From Azolla caroliniana (Eukaryota > Plantae > Polypodiophyta): a stretch of 58,988 nt of DNA. Location of the stretch: assembly GCA_043228905.1 (NCBI GenBank), contig JBHGNT010000181.1, positions 1-58,988 of the forward strand. Direction: 5' to 3'. Position numbers and translations under genes: made by a program. The notes below the pieces were generated by a model, which was given only the letters and a program-made list of their open reading frames with translations, searched no databases and was not told the origin of the DNA. This document shows, piece after piece, positions 24,634 to 34,672 of the stretch (position 1 is its first letter; the number at the start of each line of letters is the position of its first letter).

Positions 24634-24700
24634 GACTAGCTCATTGGGTGGAGAACCTCTCGTTTCGAAGTTGAGGTCGTGAATTCGAATCAAGGGTCGG
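24634..24700 (+). promoter_or_regulatory. tRNA-like A-box/B-box cassette downstream of the LTR TATA box (repeated at ~31107-31173)
   Basis: TAGCTCATTGG...GAGGTCGTGA(A/G)TTCGAATC. TATATAAA at ~24559. Confidence 0.6.
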
Positions 24701-25039
24701 TAGAGAAAGGGTTCATCTTGCTACCAAACATTGTAAAGTTGGTAAAATCTTGTATTCGTAATACATATCATATACTTTTTTGTCTTAAATCATACTTTGT
24801 CTCTATCTTGCGTCTTGAATCATACATTGCCTCTATCTTTTATCTATACTAGTCTCTCTCTCACACATATTACTTTAAACTATTATTCTTCATATCCTTT
24901 ATCTTCCTAACATTTGCGCGCAAGCCTTATAAAAGTTCCTTCAACTCCCCTTAACCTTAGTCCCTGCGACTTCGCCGCACGAACCACAACTACCCCGGAC
25001 CATTTGGTGAACCCGACGCGAAGGCGGCGACGAGGAGAA

Positions 25040-27154
25040 ATGGAGGAGCAAATGAGGCTTATGTGTACGATGATGGAACGAGTGATGCGGGAACAAGGGA
25101 TGATGGCAAGCATCGACAAAGCCGTCGACAATATTCTCGCACAAGTAGGAATCTTCGAAGGTATAAATTTAACAAAATTTCTGAAGATTTACAATGAAGA
25201 AATGCTTAAACGTGGTGTCGACGAAGCTGCAAAAATTAATAGCTTTAGTCGAGTCGCTGCGATTGGGCTACAAGAGAGGATCCAAGAGCTCCAAAGGGAG
25301 AATCAGACATGGACAACGTTCGAAAGGGCATTACTCAATGAATACAACCTCAACGATATGTCAAGGATGACAAGGCGAGCTTTCATGGATTGGGTAGAGT
25401 CTAATAAACATTTAAGTGTTTTGGAAGTATTAAAAGAGTTTTCTGAAAGATTTGAGCAACTAAATGTTAGAGATAGAAATATAATAGTGCCAGATAAAGT
25501 CATATTGTTTCTACAAGCTACTAATATTAAAGACAGGAAGGACTTGGGAATGCTTTTAGAAGATCAGAATAGTCCAAGTGGACTTACCGAAGACTGGGAG
25601 GAGGTGAAAAGGACGTGCGCCCATTTCTACAAAAGAAAGTTATGGTTTATGGAGTTGCCCGATAGAAATGATGAAGAAACGGGGAATGAGTCAGGAGAAA
25701 AGAAAGTAGAAGAATCGCTCTTACAAGAATTGGTGAAAGGCATGAAAGACTTGTCGATCAAAGTGACGAAGCTAGAATCGGGACAAAGCTCGACTTCATC
25801 AAGGCAAGGAGCTGGAATGGTGCGAAGGTGTATGTGGTGTGATAGTATTGACCACCAGAAGAAAGATTGTCAAGAGCATAGGGATGCTCTTAATCATAAT
25901 AAAATCTACTATCAAGATGGCAAGATTCACTCAACTGAGACTCGACAACCACTTCAACTCAACTTCGGGCGAGGAGGAATGAAAAGGTTAATGGAAGATG
26001 CCGAGAGAGAAACGACTCAAGCGATACAATCCGTGGCAACCTTAGGATTGCGCGTAGAAGACTCATATGGTGGATCTGGCTTTTGGCAAGATGTGATGGA
26101 TTATGCAAGAAAAGGGAAGGTTCGAGTGGATGAATTAAAAAGAGCGGGAGATGAAATACGAAACTTCACTGGATGGAATGATCCAGTAGACGCGCTATCA
26201 GCATTCGCCCAAGTGAATGCACAAGATGTGCTAGTGGAAGAGAAGCGGAAGAGAGTTGAGGAAGCTGATCCGACAAAGAGACATGAGACACGAGAACAAA
26301 AGAGAAGGGAGATGGAAAAGGGTGCTATTGAGCCGAAGGAAGCTGATAAAGTAAAAGGAAAGACAGGCCCATCTTTCAAGCTTGCCTCAGACATAGAAAC
26401 AACGACGGATATAAAAAAGGTACTAGAAACAAGAATATTAAATAGTAAGGTAGAATTTACTTTAAGAGAAGTGTTGGGTATAGCAAAGAAAGAATTTCAT
26501 GAAGTTATCATAGATATTATTAGAAGGAAGAGACAGGTGACGGAGGAAATTACGGGAGGGTGTGCAGCAACACTCCAAGATTTGTATGGTGGCACCATCA
26601 ATGCTGCAAGTGTAAAAAACCAGAATGATGTTGGCGTCCATGAAGGGGATAGGAGTCACTATAAAAGGGACCATTGGGCTCGAGCAACAACGGAGGCACC
26701 TGCAAAAATTGGGGAGCAGCAAATTCCATGTATTGCTTTGATCGATCATGGATCAGAGATTAACATGATGTCATCGGAATTTTACGCTCGAGGACGATGG
26801 CCGATTGACAAGAATCATGGGTGGAAAATAAGAGCTGCCACAGAAACTACGGAGGATCTATTCGGAGCATGTCCTAGTGTGAAGGTAACAATTGGTGATG
26901 TCTCGGTGAATCAAAATTTCTTTGTGCAGGATCGATCAACCTACCCCGTCATCCTTGGCCAGCCCTACATCACCGCAGTGAGGATGGAAACAAAGGTTAT
27001 TGATGATGGTTCGGCTTTCGCGAGAATCAAGAGTCAAGATGGAAGAAAGACTGTCCAATTCTTAACCGTGAGGCCCAACCATGAAAGAAACAAAGAATGC
27101 TTGAGGGAACATCCAATTCAAGAGATGGATGAAGAGTTTTCCCAGGATTTTTAG
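25040..27154 (+). CDS. Element C Gag-protease ORF
   Basis: Zinc knuckle CMWCDSIDHQKKDC. Aspartic protease LIDHGSEIN...VILGQPY. ATG at 25040 is in the frame of ORF 24914..27154. Confidence 0.9.
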   Translation: MEEQMRLMCTMMERVMREQGMMASIDKAVDNILAQVGIFEGINLTKFLKIYNEEMLKRGVDEAAKINSFSRVAAIGLQERIQELQRENQTWTTFERALLNEYNLNDMSRMTRRAFMDWVESNKHLSVLEVLKEFSERFEQLNVRDRNIIVPDKVILFLQATNIKDRKDLGMLLEDQNSPSGLTEDWEEVKRTCAHFYKRKLWFMELPDRNDEETGNESGEKKVEESLLQELVKGMKDLSIKVTKLESGQSSTSSRQGAGMVRRCMWCDSIDHQKKDCQEHRDALNHNKIYYQDGKIHSTETRQPLQLNFGRGGMKRLMEDAERETTQAIQSVATLGLRVEDSYGGSGFWQDVMDYARKGKVRVDELKRAGDEIRNFTGWNDPVDALSAFAQVNAQDVLVEEKRKRVEEADPTKRHETREQKRREMEKGAIEPKEADKVKGKTGPSFKLASDIETTTDIKKVLETRILNSKVEFTLREVLGIAKKEFHEVIIDIIRRKRQVTEEITGGCAATLQDLYGGTINAASVKNQNDVGVHEGDRSHYKRDHWARATTEAPAKIGEQQIPCIALIDHGSEINMMSSEFYARGRWPIDKNHGWKIRAATETTEDLFGACPSVKVTIGDVSVNQNFFVQDRSTYPVILGQPYITAVRMETKVIDDGSAFARIKSQDGRKTVQFLTVRPNHERNKECLREHPIQEMDEEFSQDF

Positions 27155-30100
27155 ATAGGGCTTTTACAGGTAGGGGCTGTGATAGCCCGAGCATAAAAGA
27201 AAACCCCATAAATAATAATGTAAATAAAGATATTCCTTGTACAATCTCATCTAATGGTGCTACTTTTATACTAAAAGTAAATAATAATAAAATACAAAAT
27301 GCTTTCGAGTACTTTAAGTGTTCTGGATTAATAGATGATGATGAAGAAATTCAGGATATGTTTGAAGAATTAAGTTTTGAAGATACAATAACTCATTTGG
27401 AAGCAATGGAAGAAGACAACGAAATCCAAGTTCCTGTCCATTCAATCAAGATGTATGAGGTCATTGAAGAAGTTGCTCGAAAGGATCATGAAGCACATGT
27501 ACTAACAAAGTACAAGACAGTGGAGAAGAAGGTTCATCCTATTGCTGCTCCACTTCCAGGGGATAGTGAAAAGGCAATCAAAGAAGCAGCCACAGAGCCA
27601 ATGATCAGAGACCCACGAAAGGTAGGACATGTGTTTACTCCGGAAACAATACAAGGGATGAAAATAGGAGGGGGTGACTTCCTATTACCCGCTGAAGAAA
27701 AGCAGTTCAGGGAGATGTTAAAAAGGCATGGAAAGGCGTTTGCATTCCAACCGGAGGAAATAGGGTGTGTGGATCCAGAAATTGTGGAGCCCATGGTTAT
27801 ATTCACTATCCCTCATATTCCATGGAACTTTAAGCCAATACCCATGCCTAGGGCTAGAATCCCTCAACTATTAGAACTTTTGAAAGAAAAGATAAGGATG
27901 GGTATCTTGGAACCATCGAACGCTCCTTACTCGAGTCGATGGTTCACTGTGTTAAAGAAAGATGGGCGACTCCGATTTATCCAAGATATGCAACCCGTGA
28001 ATAAGGTAACAATCCGAAACTCGGGAGTAGGGCCAATTGTGGATGAGTTTGCTGAGATGTTTGCAGGAAGAGCTATATATTCAATGGGAGACCTTTATTC
28101 CGGGTATGATCAATTTCAACTTGCTATCAAAAGTCGAGATATAACTTCTATCAAGACACCTATAGGGTTAGTACGGATGTGCACCTTGCCGCAAGGAGCG
28201 ACCAACTCAGTGGCGCATATGATGAATGGAATGAACAAGGTACTTCGTGATTTTATTCCTCATATTACAATGCCTTTTCTAGATGATGTTCCAATTAAGG
28301 GATGCAAGGAGGAAGAGAAGAACGAGGAATTGGACGAAAGTGGTTGCCGTCAATTCGTTGCTGATCATATCAAGGATTGTGAGAAGGTGCTATCAAGGAT
28401 GGAAGAAGTGCATTTGACCTTATCAGGGGCGAAGTCAATATTTGGGGCAAAAGAGATATTAATAGTTGGTCATAGGTGTGGCCCGTATGGGAGAAAGCCA
28501 TCCCCAACCAAGGTCAATGCAATTCAAAATATGCAAGAGGAATGTACATCCATCTCAGAAGTACGAAGGTTTCTGGGGGTATGTGTTTTTTACTGTAAAT
28601 GGATTCCGCATTATGCCCATTTATCTGAACCTTTATATAGACTCCTAAGAAAAGGAGAGACATTTGAATGGAGTGAAGAGCATTCAGAGGCAATGAAGAA
28701 ATTGAAGTACTACTTGGCACAAGCTCCACCATTAAAGCAACCAGACTACACCCGGCCCATATATCTCACAGTAGACTCTAGTCCCATTGGAATTGGATGG
28801 GTGATAAGCCAACAAGATAGGGAAGAAAGGTATCCAGTCTGATTCGGGGCAAAGGTTCTTAGTGGTCGACAAAGAAAATATGCACAGGTGAAAAGAGAGC
28901 TATGGGGGATAGTAACAGCTGTAAAGACAGACAGAGATTACTTAATTGGTGCTGAAGTAATAATAGAAACAGATTGTTTGCCTATTCTGGGTATCATAGC
29001 TAATTGTGATATTCCAGATCAAGCCATGTTAAGATGGTGTATCTATATTAGATCAATCAACCCTGAAGTTCGACATATCTCTGGGAATAGAAATGCAGTA
29101 GCAGATATGTTATCAAGAGCAAGGTATGAGGAAGAGGAGATTCCAGACTCAGACGATGAGGACAAAGAACAAACAGTCCTTACCACAAGCATTACTCGGG
29201 AAGGAGGAATGCAGTTTCTAGAAGAGGAGTATGAAGAAGAATTCAAGGAAATAGGGAAATACCTACAAACCCCTGACAAGTACAAAGGTCGATCTGGAAA
29301 AGAGTTCGCACAGTTTCGCAAGAAAGCCCATAAGTTCTTCCTGCATGAAGGATATCTATGGCGACATCCGAAAACCAAGACTGGAAACCCGCAAAGAGTA
29401 ATAGGTTCTGAAGGGCAAAGAAAGGAGATAATCAAAGAGCTGTATGACAAAGAATGGGCTGGTCATCGAGGAGTGTGGGCCACTTTCAGTAAGATTAAAG
29501 AACGATTTTGGTGGCCTCGATACTATGAGCAAATAAAAAAGTATGTGGAAACTTGTCCCACTTGTCAATATTATTCAAATGTAAAATTTTGTGATGAATT
29601 ACACCCAACATACTCACCGGGGGTGCATTACAAGTGGATGATAGATTTGGTAACAATGCCACTTGGAGTAGGACAAAAGAGATACTTGGTTCTTGCTAGA
29701 GAAGATCTAACAAATCAAGTGGAAGGTCGTTCATTGAGAACAAAAGGGACATTAGGAGTATGTCAATTCATCTTGGAGGACATTGTTTGTAGATATGGAT
29801 GTATCGGGAAGATAGTGGCAGATAGGGGAGAACTCAATTCTGCGGAAGCTCAAGATTTTTTCGACAAAATAGGAATTCGGATTTCTTTGACAACGGCGTA
29901 CAATCCAGAAGCTAATGGAAAGGTAGAAAGGGGACATGGGCCAATAGTCAAAGCTTTGGCAAAGGCATGTAGAGGACGGGTTAGTGATTGGCCAAAAACC
30001 TTACCCTATGCACTATGGGCTGATAGGACAACTCACAGCACTGTTACTGGATATATGCCTGCAGAATTAATCACAGGACAGAAGCCAATAATGCCAATTG

Positions 30101-30561
30101 AAGAAAAGATAACTACATGGGCTGTGTTGCCTTGGGAATCGGAAATGAGTAGGGAAGATTTACTTGCGGTTCGAATACGACAACTTCAATCAAGGATAGA
30201 AGACATAGAAAAAGCAGCTACTAGATTGAAAGAGGCAAGAATCAAGAATAAGGACAGATTTGACAAGATGAAAAGAATACGACCAAGAAAGGTGCAAGAG
30301 GGAGATTGGGTATTAGTATATGATAATAGCCTAGATAATCAATACAGTACTATTCGGAAGTTTGCAAAAAGATGGTTTGGACCTTATGAAGTTAGGAAAA
30401 TAACAGATAAAACCACATATTTCCTCAATGAATTAGATGGGACAGAAATTCGTATCCCAATTGCAGGAAAAAGGATTAAAATATTTAAAAGGAGGGAGTC
30501 ATTAGAGCCTGAATTTTATGAAGAAGTAGAAGAACTAAAAATCGGAAGAAGTGTTGGATGA
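27145..30561 (+). CDS. Element C RT-RH-IN ORF in the -1 frame, with one in-frame TGA at 28840-28842
   Basis: Frame is open from 27133. Motifs DLYSGYDQ, LPQG, FLDD, VDSS, HRGV..CPTC, ADRGE and NGKVE. Confidence 0.88.
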
Positions 30562-31859
30562 ACTCTGCACAACCAATGTGCAAGTTTAGAGGGGGTGGGT
30601 GTCGTGAAGAATGTGCTTCACGATATAAAAATGAGCTTAAATGTTGTATTTAATAATATCTGAGAGACTTGAACCCACATCCTTATATATGATGTACAAT
30701 GTACATACCACTAGGCTAGGCTATTTATTTGTAAAAGTGTGTAATAAATGTGCTTCATGATATAAGAATGAAGCTATATATTGTATTAAGTAAAATTGAG
30801 GGACTTGAACCCTCAACCTTGTATACCAAGCACCAAGCATACACCACTAAGCTAGGTTAGTTATTTTAGAATGCATTTTCATCATTATACTTATCCCATA
30901 TCTATTTTCATACATAGCCATCATTCATCACATGCAATGCATGTGCGCCAAATGGCGATCATGCATTACATGTAACTCATGCATTGCATGCATGCCATGC
31001 TCCCATACATTACCATATGCATGGCAACACTTATATAAAGAGGGGAAAGGGAAAACAAGGGAAGGAATCAAGAGAGAGTGAAAAAATAATACAATCAATT
31101 GAAGAAGACTAGCTCATTGGGTGGAGAACCTCTCGTTTCGAAGTTGAGGTCGTGAGTTCGAATCAAGGGTCGGTAGAGAAAGGGTTCATCTTGCTACCAA
31201 ACATTGTAAAGTTGGTAAAATCTTGTATTCGTAATACATATCATATACTTTTTTGTCTTAAATCATACTTTGTCTCTATCTTGCGTCTTGAATCATACAT
31301 TGCCTCTATCTTTTATCTATACTAGTCTCTCTCTCACACATATTACTTTAAACTATTATTCTTCATATCCTTTATCTTCCTAACATTTGCGCGCAAGCCT
31401 TATAAAAGTTCCTTCAACTCCCCTTAACCTTAGTCCCTGCGACTTCGCCGCACGAACCACAACTACCCCGACAACGTTTCTCATATTTAGCTCGTTCCAA
31501 ATGGGTGATGAAGACGCTTGGTATGCCTTCATTGTTATTGCCGATCTTCTTTGAACGATGTGGTTTCTGCAAATAAAAATTTTGTAAGACGAAATCCATT
31601 ATCCAAACATCAATTAAGCGTTGTAGAATATACATACCCATTCTCTAAATACGATAAAAAATTCTTCTAGAGCTTTGTACGATGATGTTTTTGGGCAAGA
31701 TTGTTCCACTTCTTCCCACATAGGCAGGGACAACTTTTTCATCATCAGCTCTTGTATCTTCATATAAACCTTATGGCTAAAAAACAAAAGAAACTAAGAT
31801 TAGAGCAAAGAACAAAACAACTAATCAATCCAATTAAAATGATACATGCACATAGAATA

Positions 31860-33960
31860 CTCACTTTTGAAACTCTGCCACCATTTTGTCGAGGCTGAAT
31901 TACTTGGCGGTCACTCTTGACAATATAGATATTAATAATGTGTCATCCTTGATTTCTTGTAGTGACCACCACGGAAGTAGCTTCATGTCCTCGGCGAGCT
32001 CTTCAATTACTAAGTCACTTTTACGTGACTTAGACTTCATTTCCACCTATGGGTCGAGCTTAGCTTTTTTTTATCTTTGACCCTTTCTCTCCTTCCTCTC
32101 TTTTAGAGACATGAACTAACGTAAGCATAAAATAAGGATAGAATATAGATAGATCTAGATAGATAGAAACAAAGGACAGAGAAAAAGAAGAGTGCTGATC
32201 CACCTGACCACCCCCGAGTGAAGGGATTGAGACGGACTCGAGCCTCGATCAGCATCCCATAGCACCGTCGTGGCATCGAGTAGTATCTGGTGTTGGTAAG
32301 CTCGCTACAAGAGTTGAACCACCGAGAAACAGAGTCTCGATGTTGTCAAAAGTTGATTAAATGAGGGTAGCTAGGCCTCTTATTTATAGCGATACCCAAG
32401 GCCCCAAGGCAAGTTTACACTTGGCCTAATGGGTTGTCTCAATCCCCAGGATTAAAAGTAATCCTCCCCTTCCTTACACTCTCGTTTAACCCTCACACTT
32501 ATCCATGGTGTATAGAATACTACGGTAAATTCTCGCCACGGGATATTATATGGTCATGCCCGTAACACGCTCCCACATACTAAATATACGATCCTGGAGG
32601 TCCCACACCTCTCCTATTCTAAACGCAAGCTGAAACCATGAGTTGTATTTCCTCAAGCGTTTAGACATGGTGCTCTCGTCAATTACTATCCCAACTTCAA
32701 TCAGACATTGTCACCTCAAACCAGGATGTAGCCGTGGACCATATTTTTGAAGCACATCAAGGTACTCGTGATGGAAGAACCTAATGCGCTCGATACATGA
32801 CATTTTTTGACGATAGTCATTATCATTATTATGATCCCAAGCTAATAGATTGGCTTCTTCATGTGCAAGGCTTGCATACACCTTACATTCAGCATACTTG
32901 AAGAATGGTGTGAGAGGAAACTCCTTCACCAATTGATGTTGCACCTCTATAGAATGAGATCCTCCAATCACGCAGTACGTGTAGTCATCCACCGAACTGT
33001 ACTTGAAGTCAGCAACAGTAGGGCATTGATTAGGGTCAACCATTACTAAGAATGGCACTACAGTCGCATGTGGATTTATCTTCATCTTACTTTTCAAGTT
33101 TTGCACATGCATTGCATGAGGCTCTCGAATTTCTAAAGCTCATCTTCCGGTCGCATCATCTATTGGTGGCCATTGAATAGAGCAGATCAGAAAATGGAAA
33201 AGTTGTCCTTTACAGACAAGGTTGGTCTTCACAATGTTTTCTCTGATCCTGTTCTGCTCTGAAGTGAGTATCTGGATGAAATGTGGCCTCCTAGAGGAAT
33301 CACCTCCATATCCTATTCTTCCTTTTCTTCTTCGACAAACTTGAGCACCTCCGGCTCCTCGTCTTCAGGTTGTTGCCTTTCTTATATTTCTTTTGTTCTG
33401 GTTTCGACTTCTTGCCAGACTTTGGTGGTGTTGTTGCTTGCGAAACCATAAGCTCCTCTTTAAAATAAGGTCGCAATGCAACAATCAAGTTATTCTTTGT
33501 CTGAAAATCTTTTTTAAGAGCTTTGGGATAGCAAGAATTTGTGATCAAATTACGTTCATCGAGCTTTACTCTTCGAGCCCCCACGAGCTATCAACATCAA
33601 AAAATATCTCCAACGAGTCCTGGTCTTCATATTCAAGTCTACGGACGAAGCCGTAGTCGAAGGTCTTTCCGACTTGCAACCTTCATTCACCTTCACTCTT
33701 CGCCAAAATAAGGAGGTTCCCTTCTTCCTCGTCATAAATTAGTGTTCACTCCACATTGGGGTAGCTCTTCTGGCTACACTTCCCACTCTTTTCTACAAAG
33801 GTCTTCATTGTAGTGCCAACACTGGACTTGGAAGTCCCATCTCCTCCCGACTCAAGCAGGGCTTTATGGGAGTCACCCTTAACCAACATTTCTTCCGACT
33901 TTTTTGTTGGAGATGGGATCTTCAGCTTGAAGGAGGAAACCTTCTGGCGTGGCTCACTGA
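31860..33960 (-). pseudogene. Decayed gene with a ParB/Srx-like motif, probably transposon-borne; split by a solo LTR
   Basis: ORF 32711-33112 contains YCVIGGSHSIEV, resembling the ParB-N (I/V)xGxHR signature. Flanked by K-rich low-complexity coding fragments. Confidence 0.4.
32101..32567 (-). mobile_element. Solo LTR (family F), second copy
   Basis: Colinear with 853-1292 and ends CCCGTAACA. Degenerate TSD CTCTC/CGCTC. Confidence 0.8.
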
Positions 33961-34619
33961 GAAATTAAGGAATGACACAATTAAATAATAATAAACTTAT
34001 TGTAAATCAACCAAAACCTTAAAAATCAAGTAAAAACTGACAAAATTATACATAATTGAGACCAAATTTCAAGTAAAGAAGTTTAAAAAATGTACTAAAG
34101 TGAGTGGAAAATTTTCACTAAATTTGACAAAATGCACGAAAAAAGTTCCCTTTCAACGGGAACTCGATGCACTGCATCGAAATTGTTAACTCTTAGGGCC
34201 GGACAATGGCCTAACACGGGGTGTCTATGGAAGACACTTCACCAAAGGGGTGTTACGGCAAGAGGAGTAGGCTCAACGATTAATCCGACTTAATTAGGTT
34301 ACTTAGCAAGATCGTCCTTAATAATCACACGCATAAGATATAACAATGGATGTAGAATGGCAATTAACACAGAGATAAAAAAACGCTAATCTTTATTAAT
34401 TAACCGCTTCTCATTACATTGTATCCGGGCCTTTAAATAGGTTTCCGGTCTGTAGTACAAAACGGTGCCATCCGCACCTGTTCGGGATCGGTCTAGATCC
34501 GGAACGGCATACCCATTCCGGTCCGTCCGTCCACACTCATAGCTTACTTACAACCATTCCTAATAATTAATTAACTCCTCCGTTTCACACTCTGGACTCC
34601 TTTGCCGGCCGGTAACACA

Positions 34620-34636
34620 TGGCACGCCCGTGGGAC
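34620..34636 (+). promoter_or_regulatory. Second, opposite-strand PBS (tRNA-Arg-like) at the position normally held by the PPT
   Basis: TGGCACGCCCGTGGGAC, 2 nt from the LTR. The same motif occurs at 12381-12396 and 53496-53512, and degenerate at 9338-9352. Confidence 0.75.
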
Positions 34637-34672
34637 AGTACCTTGTACGTCGAATCCACCATCCGACCCTTG

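Larger units (their letters stand above)
24127..31473 (+). mobile_element. Ty3/Gypsy element C, tRNA-Trp primed, near-identical 874-bp LTRs
   Basis: LTRs 24127-~25000 and 30600-31473 (TGTCG...CGACA). PBS TGGTGAACCCGACGCGAA at 25005-25022. PPT AGAGGGGGTGGG at 30588-30599. Flanks do not form a clean TSD. Confidence 0.95.

Noticed and set aside
24634-24700. Possible functional tRNA gene
   Set aside because: A and B boxes are present but acceptor and anticodon stems do not pair; treated as a tRNA-like cassette only.
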